From positions 1,376 through 65,375 of the forward strand of contig JACQRW010000024.1 in the NCBI GenBank assembly GCA_016206285.1: a stretch of 64,000 nt of DNA. Direction: 5' to 3'. Below the pieces are notes generated by a model that saw only the letters and a program-made list of their open reading frames with translations, searched no databases and was not told the DNA's origin. Below, piece after piece: positions 17,375 to 27,510 of the stretch. The position numbers and the translations under genes are program-made. Position 1 is the first letter of the stretch. Each line of letters opens with the position of its first letter. Source of the stretch: Candidatus Sungiibacteriota bacterium (GTDB lineage: Bacteria > Patescibacteriota > Minisyncoccia > Sungbacterales > HO2-52-23).

Positions 17375-19164
17375 ACTATTTCTGTTTGATAACACGTCTC
17401 GCAATAGACGATTTCGGGTCTGTCGGGAGCATAGGAGGTCTGGAAGTTGTTTGGGCAGCGCTCTCCCATATGATGCGCATGCTCCGATGAATTCTTATAG
17501 ACTTGATTATCACACGCGCACTGTCGTTGCCATTTTTTCAACACCGGGCTTCTTTGCAGCGTCCGTTCACGATGACGGCAATAAAAACATTTGCGCGGTA
17601 ACGACAATTTCATATTTCGATAAAACTCCAGTTCCGATGCAGTGATGCGAAATGCCTTTGTGCAGTTATGCTGCTGCGCTTCCTTCTGATTATTGTCCCA
17701 ATTCTCGCAAAGAATCGTTTCTTTCAATAGAGAGTCAGGCACATCATTGATATGATCAGGAAGCCCCTGCCAGGACATCGTAGTGAGATAATCTTTCACC
17801 GCAGGATCCCGCCACAAAAATCCTCTTTTCACAGCTTCAACTTGGCTGAGCGGCATATACTCCTGGACCACGGATTCATTGTACGCATAGGGACAAAGCT
17901 CGGCCGGAATGAATTCTCCATATGCATACTCTCGCCCCCTCGCATCGCGATACGGCATGGCATTCATATGCTCTTTTATCTTTATAAGAAGCTTTTCATA
18001 CTCTTCTTTGCTATATTGTTTGTTCAAAATACAATATGATTTGTTTCGCAGACCAACGCATCCAAACAGATTGTTTACCGATGGCGAGCATGAAAACGAA
18101 TATTCGACATCATAACTGTCAATATACACAAGCACTGAAAACTTGATGTTTGAAGCGTTATATCCGACATTATTGCACTCATAGATTTTTTCCGCATTCC
18201 ATCCGAAGAGATCGTAATCATAGCAATTTTTGGGCCCGAAAGGAAGTTTAATAAAGGAGCAAAACCGACTATCCTCTCCGTCCGCCACCATATATGAATC
18301 AAGGACATTCCTGCTATGATACACATAGTCTCCGGAAACATTTTGATTGTGCGACCCGTGCATGAAGCGCACCGGAAACATCTGGAAAGCTTCGCGTGCT
18401 TTCTTTTTAACTTCGAGGAGACTTTGGTGCGATCCAAGATCAAATTCAGCAATTTTCTTGGAATACTCTTCCGGAGAATACTGCATATTGAAGATGCAAT
18501 GCGACTTATTTCGCAACCCGACGCAGCCGAAACAATCGGTACAATTTATGCAATCTTTGCAAAATACGACATTATTGCAGTCCTCGCAGTTGCTCGAATA
18601 CAACACCCCGTAGCATTTTACGCAGTCAAAACATTCGTAACAAAGTTCGCAAAAATCAACGGACAAAATATCGAAACAGTTTCTCGCTTGGTTGAGAGCA
18701 ACGCCGTAAGACGAATTTTCTGTGAAGTCCGCATCGAAAAGCATGTAGCATTCTTTCAAGTTGCTGCAGTTCATGCAGTATTCGCTCCTCACATTATTGA
18801 GAAAAGACCGGCTCGGCCACGGGACGGTTTGTATGAGTTCTTTCAGCTGTTCGAAAAAAGGCCGTGAAAAATCGTACTCGTTGCCGTATTGCATGGGATC
18901 CCATTGATCCGACCACCAGTAATCACGGTCATATACCTTGACCGGGGCGTTGGGAGAAAACATGGAAAAGATATCTTTTCCGGTCGCATCGCATTTCCGC
19001 TTATAAAAAATGTTCTCGTTTCGCCAGATCATCCTGCGCTGAAACCTGCACTCCGGACACCACGTCGGCGGCGGCACTTTGATCTTCTCATAAAACTCAA
19101 AGTCCTCCGGTTTGATGGTGAACGGCTTTTTGCAATTCTGACACTGTTTGATTTCTTGGTTCAT
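17371..19164 (-). CDS. Cys-rich zinc-ribbon repeat protein, paralog D (start trimmed to MNQEIKQCQNC)
   Basis: The ORF track extends to 19317, but the conserved N-terminus begins at the ATG at 19164, 8 nt after the paralog E stop. Ends ...YCETCYQTEIV. Confidence 0.75.
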   Translation of the reverse strand: MNQEIKQCQNCKKPFTIKPEDFEFYEKIKVPPPTWCPECRFQRRMIWRNENIFYKRKCDATGKDIFSMFSPNAPVKVYDRDYWWSDQWDPMQYGNEYDFSRPFFEQLKELIQTVPWPSRSFLNNVRSEYCMNCSNLKECYMLFDADFTENSSYGVALNQARNCFDILSVDFCELCYECFDCVKCYGVLYSSNCEDCNNVVFCKDCINCTDCFGCVGLRNKSHCIFNMQYSPEEYSKKIAEFDLGSHQSLLEVKKKAREAFQMFPVRFMHGSHNQNVSGDYVYHSRNVLDSYMVADGEDSRFCSFIKLPFGPKNCYDYDLFGWNAEKIYECNNVGYNASNIKFSVLVYIDSYDVEYSFSCSPSVNNLFGCVGLRNKSYCILNKQYSKEEYEKLLIKIKEHMNAMPYRDARGREYAYGEFIPAELCPYAYNESVVQEYMPLSQVEAVKRGFLWRDPAVKDYLTTMSWQGLPDHINDVPDSLLKETILCENWDNNQKEAQQHNCTKAFRITASELEFYRNMKLSLPRKCFYCRHRERTLQRSPVLKKWQRQCACDNQVYKNSSEHAHHMGERCPNNFQTSYAPDRPEIVYCETCYQTEIV

Positions 19165-19172
19165 ACGAAGAT

Positions 19173-20921
19173 TCACGCGACTTTGGCATGATAGCACTGC
19201 TCGCAATAAATGTTTTTCTCTCCCAGTGCCGGATCGTACATGGTAGGCACGATTTTTCCGCATTTCGCGCAGGCAACCTCCCAGAATTGCAGCCGCATAT
19301 CCATGTCTTTGCGCCACTGGGCCATACGGACAAACGGATGCACGCGCGGAAGCGGCAGATTGTATTTTCGATAAAATGCAAGTTCAAAAGGCACGATGCG
19401 AAATTTCCTGTTATGCTCCACGTCAAGAATGACTTTTTGCAAAATGGAGTCATCCACATCTTTAATATCAAGCGAAAGTTCGCTTGAGCGAAGCACTGAC
19501 AAAGAGGTCTCTCCTGACGCATCCTCCGGGATGTTTTCAACCCAATAGCCGTCGCGCTTTGCTTTCTCTAAATCCTCAAATCCGGGATAGGCCGTGATCA
19601 AAGAGGTGTTATACGGAAATGGCGCTAACGCAGGCGGGAAAAACTCTCCATACTCTCCCCTCTCAAGCATGGCTTTCTTGAGCAGATCAACAACCCGCCA
19701 GTATTCCTCCGGCGCATACTGTTTATTGAATATACAAAATGATTTGTTGCGCAAGCCTACGCAGCCAAACAAATCGTGACAATTATAGCACGAATCGCAG
19801 TATTCCAGGTCGCGGGAATTATGGACGTTGTTTGAAAATTTGATGCCATAATTGTTTTCCGCGGATACGGAAATAAATTCATAACATAATTCAAAGTTTG
19901 CCCCGCCAAGGATATCATACGAATCGCGCGCGCCCAGAAATCCCAGAGAGTAGCACACGCGTTCAGACTCGAACGCGAAAAGTACGAAGTAGCAGTCTTT
20001 GACATTGAACATCCATGTCCCGACCGAATTCACCCACTGCTCTCCGTGGATATTTTTTTTGATCGCGTTTTTCTTCAGCTCTTGAAAATCTTTGAGATAC
20101 TTTTGCAGTTCTTCGTAATTTCCCAGATTGACTTCGCGTAATTTCTTTTCATATTCCTCGCGAGAAAGCTGCTGGTTGTAGAAACAATATTTTTTGTTGC
20201 GCAGATTCGAGCACATAAAGCAATGCTCGCAGTTTTTGCAGTCAAAGAGAAAATAACTCTCGATGCTGTTTTCCGTCCAATAACAGAAAAAACATTTGAA
20301 CATCGTGGTCCCATGCGAACCGTAGCATGAATCGGCGGAAATACACGCCCAGCAGTCCATACAGTTTTTATTTTTCATGCAGCATTCGACATAGTAAAGA
20401 TCTTCTCCGTACAGCATGTCAAACGCAACATAGCAATTTTTCAGATGCGTGGAGCTGTTGGTATATTCAGAGTTTACGTTTGAAGAATCATTATTCAGAT
20501 TCGGGCGCGGAACCTCGCGCTGCAGCAGCCGAAACTGGCCAAAAAACGGCTGTCCAGAATCCGGCGCTTTCCCGTATGAGAGCGGATCCCACTGGTCCGA
20601 AAACCATATGCCGTGCTCATAGATTTTAAAAGGGGCAGTACGGGGATAGACCGATATGATTTCTTTGCCCGTATGCGCCGATTTCACTTTGAAAAATTGA
20701 TACCCGGGTGCAAAGGTAAGTTTTTTTCTCCAGCGCTCCAGCGGCGAGAGCGTAGGCAGCGGCACGCGTATTTTCCGGTAGAATTCGACATCTTCGGGCC
20801 GGATGTAAAACTTTTCTCCGGAAACCCGGCATGTCCGCCACTGCCCGCCTTGCTCGTCCAATTCCAAACCGGCAAAGTATCGCTCAATCGCTTGGTCGAA
20901 TTGGGGCGTTTTTGCATTCAT
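19173..20921 (-). CDS. Divergent member of the Cys-rich paralog family (paralog E). The terminal zinc-ribbon cysteines are largely replaced, while the central Cys-rich repeats are retained.
   Basis: N-terminus RTCRVSGEKFYIRPEDVEFYRKIRVPLPTLSPLERWRKK against the consensus CQNCxxPFTIxPEDFAFYEKIxVPxPTxCPxCRxxRR. C-terminus HNRKFRIVPFELAFYRKYNLPLPRVHPFVRM against CxxCxxAFRIIPxELxFYRKMxLPxPxxCxxCR. Ends ...YCEQCYHAKVA. Confidence 0.75.
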   Translation of the reverse strand: MNAKTPQFDQAIERYFAGLELDEQGGQWRTCRVSGEKFYIRPEDVEFYRKIRVPLPTLSPLERWRKKLTFAPGYQFFKVKSAHTGKEIISVYPRTAPFKIYEHGIWFSDQWDPLSYGKAPDSGQPFFGQFRLLQREVPRPNLNNDSSNVNSEYTNSSTHLKNCYVAFDMLYGEDLYYVECCMKNKNCMDCWACISADSCYGSHGTTMFKCFFCYWTENSIESYFLFDCKNCEHCFMCSNLRNKKYCFYNQQLSREEYEKKLREVNLGNYEELQKYLKDFQELKKNAIKKNIHGEQWVNSVGTWMFNVKDCYFVLFAFESERVCYSLGFLGARDSYDILGGANFELCYEFISVSAENNYGIKFSNNVHNSRDLEYCDSCYNCHDLFGCVGLRNKSFCIFNKQYAPEEYWRVVDLLKKAMLERGEYGEFFPPALAPFPYNTSLITAYPGFEDLEKAKRDGYWVENIPEDASGETSLSVLRSSELSLDIKDVDDSILQKVILDVEHNRKFRIVPFELAFYRKYNLPLPRVHPFVRMAQWRKDMDMRLQFWEVACAKCGKIVPTMYDPALGEKNIYCEQCYHAKVA

Positions 20922-20930
20922 AGGTTACTT

Positions 20931-22625
20931 TCAATCAAGTTCTTTTTGATAGCATTTCGCACATAAAATCTTCTGGCCCGCAAGCGAGGACGGATACTCG
21001 ACGGAAGCCCCGCATTGTTCACACACCCCATGCACACTCTTCAATTCCGCCATCCAGAGGTTTAATTTTTCCTTGATCCGGCACAGAGGACACCGGCGCG
21101 GCAGCGGCAGCGAGCGCCGTTTCAAAAAATCCAGCTCCCGGGGAATAATCCGAAAGCCGCGTCGGCATTCGGCACAGCGTATAATCTCTTTCAAAATCCG
21201 CTCGCCTGCATCTTTGATATGATCCGGCAACTCGGAGGCGTCGCGATCAATATGGTGTTCGGTTTTTTCTTCTTTTGTCCATACAAAACCTTGCGTACGC
21301 GCCTCATCTTCAGTACGCGGAAACATATTGTGTGCAAGAGATTCATTGTAGCCGTGGGGACTGAATTCCGGGGGAAAAAATTCACCGTAGAAGTATTTTC
21401 GTCCGACACGGTCCTCAAAGGGAACGCGGCGCATCTCGTCCTTGATTTTCCCGACAAGCGAATGATATTCCTCTTTCGAATATTGCTTGTTCAAAATGCA
21501 GTAGTGCTGGCTGCGAAGCGAGACACACCCAAAGGTATTGGAAGATCCCACGCCGCTTAATACCGTGTACTCCATGTCATACGCTCCCTCAAAACAGAGA
21601 TTACCAAAACGGATGTTTGCCGCGTTGCGCCCGACCAATCCCTCGTAGCAAGACTGGGCTTCTCCCCAAGTGGATATATCGTATGAATCTTTCACATCGC
21701 GCACCATGAAAAGATACCGGGAATCTTCTCCCCGCGTCACCTCATAACAATCTTTGCAATTTTTGGATTGGTGAACGTAATTTCCCGTGCAGTTCACCGA
21801 GAATTCGTCAAACCGGACTTTAGGCGGGTACTGCTGCCAATGAGATTCCGCCGCCTTTTTCGCCTCCATGTATATGCGATACGAGCCAAAATCCCATTTT
21901 TTCATCTCCTCAGCATACTTTTCCTTGGAATAAGGCTTATTGAAAATATGATATTGCTTGTTTCGCAAATTTGCAGAAGCAAAACAATCCGTGCAATGAT
22001 GACAATCCCGCAAAAACGAACAATACGCGGACTCATACACCTGATTGCGCAATCCCGTACCGTAACTCACCTTATAGATGTGCGCGGAGTCATAGCAGGT
22101 ATCACACTGCTGTATGAGCGAACAATCATAGGTGCTCTTTGAGCGAAACACATACACGCCATACGCGCAATCTTCCACTTCGTCGGTCTGCGAGAGAAGA
22201 TATGAGTCCTTCACTTTTCCGGCGTAATTATTGTAGGGCGAGTTCTGCGCGGTATCAAGATCAACCGCCAGACCTATGAGCGGAACGCTTTTCCATAACT
22301 CGCGAAACTGCTCGAAAAACGGCTTGGAAAAGTCATAGTCCCGGCCATAATCCCTCGCGTCCCACTTGTCGGACCACCAGCACTGCGGACAATACACCAC
22401 AAACGGAGCATCAGGATGGTAGTTGGTGATAAACGGCTGCTTACAAAGACCGCATATCCGGTGATAGAGGTGGATCAAATTCAAAAACGAAAGCCGCCGC
22501 TGCAGCCGACATTGGGGACACCACGTCGGCGCAGGCACCTGCATCTTCTCGTAAAACGCAAAATCCTCCGGCTCGATGGTAAAGGGATTTTTGCAATTCT
22601 GGCAGGTTTTGGTTTCTTTATTCAT
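20931..22625 (-). CDS. Cys-rich zinc-ribbon repeat protein, paralog F (same subfamily as A; start trimmed to MNKETKTCQNC)
   Basis: N-terminus matches paralog A through FLNLIHLYHRICGLC...YCPQCWWSDKWD. ATGA overlap with the paralog G stop at 22622-22625. Confidence 0.8.
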   Translation of the reverse strand: MNKETKTCQNCKNPFTIEPEDFAFYEKMQVPAPTWCPQCRLQRRLSFLNLIHLYHRICGLCKQPFITNYHPDAPFVVYCPQCWWSDKWDARDYGRDYDFSKPFFEQFRELWKSVPLIGLAVDLDTAQNSPYNNYAGKVKDSYLLSQTDEVEDCAYGVYVFRSKSTYDCSLIQQCDTCYDSAHIYKVSYGTGLRNQVYESAYCSFLRDCHHCTDCFASANLRNKQYHIFNKPYSKEKYAEEMKKWDFGSYRIYMEAKKAAESHWQQYPPKVRFDEFSVNCTGNYVHQSKNCKDCYEVTRGEDSRYLFMVRDVKDSYDISTWGEAQSCYEGLVGRNAANIRFGNLCFEGAYDMEYTVLSGVGSSNTFGCVSLRSQHYCILNKQYSKEEYHSLVGKIKDEMRRVPFEDRVGRKYFYGEFFPPEFSPHGYNESLAHNMFPRTEDEARTQGFVWTKEEKTEHHIDRDASELPDHIKDAGERILKEIIRCAECRRGFRIIPRELDFLKRRSLPLPRRCPLCRIKEKLNLWMAELKSVHGVCEQCGASVEYPSSLAGQKILCAKCYQKELD

Positions 22626-24367
22626 GCCATTTCTGCCTGGTAACACTCCTCGCAATAGATGATTTCTTTTCTTTCAGGAGCGTAACTTGTCTCAAATTCA
22701 TTTGGACATTGATTCAAACCATGAACATGGGAGCTTGCGTTAGCGTATATCCCATTGGCGCTCTTCTGCCCGGAGCAATGGCAATGTACTCGCCAGAGCT
22801 TGCGGGGATTGCGCATTGCCATGCGATCTTGTCTGCGACATGCAGGACACTTTGCAGGTATCGGCATGTTCATTTTCCGATAGAATGCCAGCTCCTCCGG
22901 CAGAATACGAAAAGCAGTAGTACAATGAAGATTTTTTTCTTTCGCGCCAGGGTCATCTTGCGAAACGCACCCGATGACTTTTTCAAGAATGCTTTCATTA
23001 GTATCTCCAATCGTTTCCGGAATGTCTTCCGGACGCAGAGTAATGCCATACCCGCGTTCAGGCCGCTCGTACCACCGCATCCCCTTTGACAGAACATCAG
23101 TTTTTGTAAGCGGAAAATAATCCTGTGCTACTGTTTCGTTGTATGCAAACAACGTACGGGTTGCGGGGAAAAATTCTCCCCACTCTTTGGTCTCTTTCAT
23201 GTGTGCGATGATTTTTTCAAGAAGTGCTGCATATTCCTCTTTGGTATACTGTTTGTTGAAGATACAGTACTCGGCTTTTTTCAGTCCAACACAGCCGAAA
23301 AGATCATGGCTGTTGGTACAGAGTTCGGAATAAAACGAGTTAAGCACCTGAACACTCTTAGTTACTCCGATAGAACTTTGCGCCGTGACGCCTTCATTTT
23401 CATATCCAAGCTCAACCCATGCCTCCGTGCAGTCAATGCTGTCTTTTGAATAATTGGTGTCCTGGCAATAGCGCAGATTCTCCGCCTCACTGGCGTGGAA
23501 AACCGCAAAGGAGTTTTTGATGTCATGGATGTAATCTCCTACGGAATGAAGTGTGTTTCTGCCGTGATAACTTTTATGCGGGTATCTCATCGCAAGCTCC
23601 ACGAGCAATATCTTCTCTTTTTGTATATTCGCGCGGCTGAATACAAATTCAGAAAGCCGCTTCTCGTATTCTTCGCGCGTCAGCTGCTCGTTTTTCCAGC
23701 AATATGATTTGTTCCGTAATCCATAGCATCCGAAACACGATGTGCATCCTCTGCAATCCTTCAAAAAATAACTTGTGGTCGTGTCGGCGCAGTCTTCAAG
23801 ATACGCGGAACGACTGCAATTGATACTATTAAGGGATTCGTACAGTAGTTCGCTTTGGAGGATGTCATAGCAGTCAACGGATTCGCGTGTTTTATCCAAC
23901 CAGTATCCGTAGAGGCAGTTTTCGGAATATGCCGTTGAGACGCACATGTAGCAGTTTTTGTTACTCACCGATTGATTTGTATATTCGGAATTGGTGCTAT
24001 GCCAATTTGCCATTGCAATATGCGGAACTTTCAGGCGAAATGCATGGAATTGTTCAAAGAACGGCTGCGAAAAATCAAAATCGCGGGCGTATGCATACGG
24101 ATCCCACCCATCCCCCCACCAGCACGAGTGGCAATATACCGGTCCCGGATATTCAGAATTATACAGAGAGACGGTATCCTTGGCGCACAGATCGCATTTC
24201 CGGCGGTAAAAATTCCATTCATTCCGGTTCGTAAGCCGCCGCTGATACCGGCACTCCGGACAAAACGTGGGCGGCGGCACTTTGATCTTCTCATAAAACG
24301 CAAAGTCCTCCGGTTCAATAGTAAAGCCAGTTTGGCAGTTTTGGCATTGTTTTTGTTCTGTCGGCAT
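22622..24367 (-). CDS. Cys-rich zinc-ribbon repeat protein, paralog G. Start chosen at MPTEQKQCQNC by alignment with the other paralogs; an alternative start 24 nt upstream at 24391 (MSWSQYYT...) is possible.
   Basis: Same architecture, ending ...YCEECYQAEMA. First gene of the G-F-E-D-C sub-operon, after the divergent intergenic region 24392-24535. Confidence 0.7.
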   Translation of the reverse strand: MPTEQKQCQNCQTGFTIEPEDFAFYEKIKVPPPTFCPECRYQRRLTNRNEWNFYRRKCDLCAKDTVSLYNSEYPGPVYCHSCWWGDGWDPYAYARDFDFSQPFFEQFHAFRLKVPHIAMANWHSTNSEYTNQSVSNKNCYMCVSTAYSENCLYGYWLDKTRESVDCYDILQSELLYESLNSINCSRSAYLEDCADTTTSYFLKDCRGCTSCFGCYGLRNKSYCWKNEQLTREEYEKRLSEFVFSRANIQKEKILLVELAMRYPHKSYHGRNTLHSVGDYIHDIKNSFAVFHASEAENLRYCQDTNYSKDSIDCTEAWVELGYENEGVTAQSSIGVTKSVQVLNSFYSELCTNSHDLFGCVGLKKAEYCIFNKQYTKEEYAALLEKIIAHMKETKEWGEFFPATRTLFAYNETVAQDYFPLTKTDVLSKGMRWYERPERGYGITLRPEDIPETIGDTNESILEKVIGCVSQDDPGAKEKNLHCTTAFRILPEELAFYRKMNMPIPAKCPACRRQDRMAMRNPRKLWRVHCHCSGQKSANGIYANASSHVHGLNQCPNEFETSYAPERKEIIYCEECYQAEMA

Positions 24368-24535
24368 AGTATAGTATTGCGACCATGACACCCTCTCACC
24401 GCATGATACCTGTTAATTTTCGCAAACTCAAGGATTAAAAATACTTATAAGAGCTGTGGACAATCATGCTTTACATTGCGCAGTACATGGAGTATACTGA
24501 AACTTAGATTATACGAATAACTTAATCATAAGAAT

Positions 24536-25369
24536 ATGAAAAAAACATTATCTTTTATTGCTGGTTTTTCGATCCTTGCACAACTCGCTCCAATTGCAGT
24601 TTTGGCGCAAACTCCGGGCGAAACAAGACCGGAACGGCGGCAGCAAATGCAGGAAAAACGCCGGGAAAATAGGCAAGAAGTGCAGGGGGAAAAAGCGGAG
24701 CTTCGCGAAGAAACCAAGCTAAAGCGCGAAACACTCAAAACCGATATCAGACAGAAAGCGGAAACATTGCGCCAGCAAATCCAGGAAAGAGCAAAAACCT
24801 TCCGGGAAGCAACCACAACCGTGGAGCAAAAAAAGGCATTCCGCGCTGAAATAAAGGAGAAACGGCAAACGTTTAAAACCGAGGTCAAAGAAAAACGCGA
24901 AGAGTTCCGGCAAGAAACAAAAAAACGCAGGGAAGAATTCAAAAAACATGTTGGCGAGAAGCGAGCGGAAAACATAGAACGGTTTTTTGACCAGATGGTC
25001 AAAAAAGTTGAATCGGCCATTGACCGGCTGAATCAGTCCGCCGATAAAATTGAGGCGCGAATCGACCAAGCAGAAGACAATGGGAAAAATGTAAGCGCGA
25101 TTCGTACGGAACTTGAGGCAGCTCGCGTGAAAATCGCCGATGCCGAAACCGCACTTGCCACTGCCAAAGCAAAATATGCCGAAACGGCTTCAAGCCAAGA
25201 CCCCAAAACCGCATTCGCGAATGTGCGTGCGGCAATGAAAATCGTTTCTGACAAAGTGAAGAACGCGCATCAAGCACTGGTAGCAGTTATCAGTTCACTG
25301 AAAGGAGTCGCCGGCAAAACTACTTCTGCTCCTCCGGCGCCAGCGCCTACGTCGACACCAAGCCAATAA
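24536..25369 (+). CDS. Secreted, highly charged coiled-coil repeat protein (K/R/E-rich), function unknown
   Basis: Signal peptide MKKTLSFIAGFSILAQLAPIAVLAQT, followed by ~200 aa of repetitive RxxxxKxE heptad-like sequence and a Pro/Ala/Thr-rich C-terminal tail. Confidence 0.6.
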   Translation: MKKTLSFIAGFSILAQLAPIAVLAQTPGETRPERRQQMQEKRRENRQEVQGEKAELREETKLKRETLKTDIRQKAETLRQQIQERAKTFREATTTVEQKKAFRAEIKEKRQTFKTEVKEKREEFRQETKKRREEFKKHVGEKRAENIERFFDQMVKKVESAIDRLNQSADKIEARIDQAEDNGKNVSAIRTELEAARVKIADAETALATAKAKYAETASSQDPKTAFANVRAAMKIVSDKVKNAHQALVAVISSLKGVAGKTTSAPPAPAPTSTPSQ

Positions 25370-25393
25370 AAGTAACTATAATTCAACATATTT

Positions 25394-25672
25394 ATGAATG
25401 AAACCATGCAATCAAATCAATCGCAGTTGCCCCCGGAGAAAAAAACAACATCGCGACTTTTGACTATCGTTGTGCTTGGCGCGGTGATCGTACTTGCCAT
25501 TGTCGTTTATCTCTTTTCTTCGGGCTCTTCGACTCCTTTGCCTTCGGAAGAAACAACGGCAGTCCCGGCCCCGACAGAAGAAGCAGATGCGCTTGCACAA
25601 GAGGTGCAAAGTATGAATCTGGAAGGTCTTGATGCCGAACTTGGTGATATTGAAAAAGAACTCGCACAGTAG
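25394..25672 (+). CDS. Small single-pass membrane protein, hypothetical
   Basis: 92 aa with one TM helix (LLTIVVLGAVIVLAIVVYLF) and an acidic C-terminal tail; followed by a terminator. Confidence 0.45.
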   Translation: MNETMQSNQSQLPPEKKTTSRLLTIVVLGAVIVLAIVVYLFSSGSSTPLPSEETTAVPAPTEEADALAQEVQSMNLEGLDAELGDIEKELAQ

Positions 25673-25690
25673 CATCTTCCAAAACATCAA

Positions 25691-25724
25691 AATACCGCGC
25701 CCTCTTACGGGGCGCGGTATTTTT
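25691..25724. terminator. Bidirectional rho-independent terminator between the convergent genes at 25394-25672 (+) and paralog H (-)
   Basis: ATACCGCGCCC-tcttac-GGGCGCGGTAT followed by TTTTTG on the plus strand and by a T-rich run on the minus strand. Confidence 0.65.
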
Positions 25725-25728
25725 GTCT

Positions 25729-27510
25729 TTACACAACTTCGCTCTGATAACACTGCTCACAGTATATGATCTCCGGACGGTCGGGCGAGTAGGAGGTTTG
25801 AAATTCATTGGTACAAGGCATATCACCATGAAAATGTTCTATATCATTGACATATGCTCCGTTTGTGGATTTTGAACCCCCGCACTGACAGCTCCGCAAC
25901 CAAAGCCGGACCGGATTACGCTGTCGCACCCGGCTATAATGTCGGCAACTGGGACAAAGTTTTGGGACCGGTATCTTCATCTGCCGGTAAAATTGCAGCT
26001 CCGGCGCGATAATGCGAAAAGCTTTGGTGCATTGCTCCTCGCACTGGCCTTTATGCCCGCATTCGATAATTTCTTTCAGAATCGAGTCGTCTATATTAGT
26101 GATATCGTCCGGAATGTCTTCGAATGTAAGCGTGGGGGTATGCGTTTTTTGATCCGGATCGCGCCATGAGAACCCCTGCGCCAATGCTTTTTCTTTGGTA
26201 AGAGGGTACGCCTCCTGGGCCAATGTTTCGTTGTAGGCAAACGGGCTGATTTCAATCGGGAAAAACTCCCCGTAGGCGTAACTACGGCCCTGCGTGCCCG
26301 CGTAGGGCATATCCTGCATATGTTGAATCAATCTGGGAACCAGTTCTTTGTATTCCACTTCAGAATATTGTTTATTCAGGATGCAGTATTGCTTGTTTCT
26401 CATACCAATACAGCCAAACAGATTGCTCACATGGTGGCAATTATATGAATAGTAGATATCATGCGAATTAAAAACGAATCGGGAGAAAAAAACTCTGCTG
26501 CCCGGGTACACGCTCGAACTTTCGTATACCAATTCCGTGTTCAAGCCCGCCCGATCCAGATCAAAACAATCTTTGATACGCGAGTAGGCAAGCACATCGT
26601 ACGCGCAATCTTCTGCGCCGCCAAAAACATCAAAACATTGGCGGCAGTTTTTTGCCTGTTCCAAATTGTCGCCAGTGGAGTTGGCAGTCTGAATCAGGCG
26701 GGCAAAACGGCGCGGAAAATTGACGGAAAAATTTGCAAACTTCTGTTTCAATTCTGTGATTTGCTTCGCATCACCCGAATTTATTTCCTTGAGTCGTTTT
26801 TGATACTCCTCTTTTGTAAGCTGCTCATTCCAAAAGCAGTAGGATTTATTCTTTAAATTCACGCATCCGAAACAATCATGGCAGTTTTTGCAGTTAAACA
26901 AGAAAGCGCTGTCATAACAATCATCGCAGTAACGGCTATACCTCAAACGCATACACGAAATGCAATCCACGGTCTCATAGTTGAACTCGCTCTTGGAAAC
27001 CCAGTAGGCATCCACGCACTCTTTGCAGTTAAAGACATAGGTAGAGTAAAGCGTGTTTTCATTAAAATCGCCCCCGAATACGAGATAGCAGTTTTTATTG
27101 CCCTCGGTTATACTGCAATACTCGCTGTTTATGGGGTTAATGTTCATGACCGCAATATCCGGCACCTCGCGCCATAACTCCTGGAGCTGTGTAAAAAACG
27201 GCTTGCTCCAGTCAATCTCTTTCCCATAATCCAGAGGATTCCAAGCATCTCCCCACCATGCTTGGTGATCATAGGTGCGCTGCGGATTGTCCGGCGAAAA
27301 GACCGAGATGGATTCTTCGGCATGTCCCGGTGCTTCGCATTTTTTCTTATACAAAGTCCGCTCGTTGCGAAACGCCAATCGGCGTTGGAGCCGGCAATTA
27401 AAACAAAACGTAGGCGGCGGCACGTTTATCTTCTCGTAAAACGCAAAGTCCTCCGGCTCGATGGTGAACGAGTTTTTGCAGTTTTGGCAGATTTTGGTTT
27501 CGGAATTCAT
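25729..27510 (-). CDS. Cys-rich zinc-ribbon repeat protein, paralog H (start trimmed to MNSETKICQNC)
   Basis: Ends ...YCEQCYQSEVV. ATGA overlap with the paralog I stop at 27507-27510, and SD-like AGGAAG inside the last codons of I. Confidence 0.8.
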   Translation of the reverse strand: MNSETKICQNCKNSFTIEPEDFAFYEKINVPPPTFCFNCRLQRRLAFRNERTLYKKKCEAPGHAEESISVFSPDNPQRTYDHQAWWGDAWNPLDYGKEIDWSKPFFTQLQELWREVPDIAVMNINPINSEYCSITEGNKNCYLVFGGDFNENTLYSTYVFNCKECVDAYWVSKSEFNYETVDCISCMRLRYSRYCDDCYDSAFLFNCKNCHDCFGCVNLKNKSYCFWNEQLTKEEYQKRLKEINSGDAKQITELKQKFANFSVNFPRRFARLIQTANSTGDNLEQAKNCRQCFDVFGGAEDCAYDVLAYSRIKDCFDLDRAGLNTELVYESSSVYPGSRVFFSRFVFNSHDIYYSYNCHHVSNLFGCIGMRNKQYCILNKQYSEVEYKELVPRLIQHMQDMPYAGTQGRSYAYGEFFPIEISPFAYNETLAQEAYPLTKEKALAQGFSWRDPDQKTHTPTLTFEDIPDDITNIDDSILKEIIECGHKGQCEEQCTKAFRIIAPELQFYRQMKIPVPKLCPSCRHYSRVRQRNPVRLWLRSCQCGGSKSTNGAYVNDIEHFHGDMPCTNEFQTSYSPDRPEIIYCEQCYQSEVV

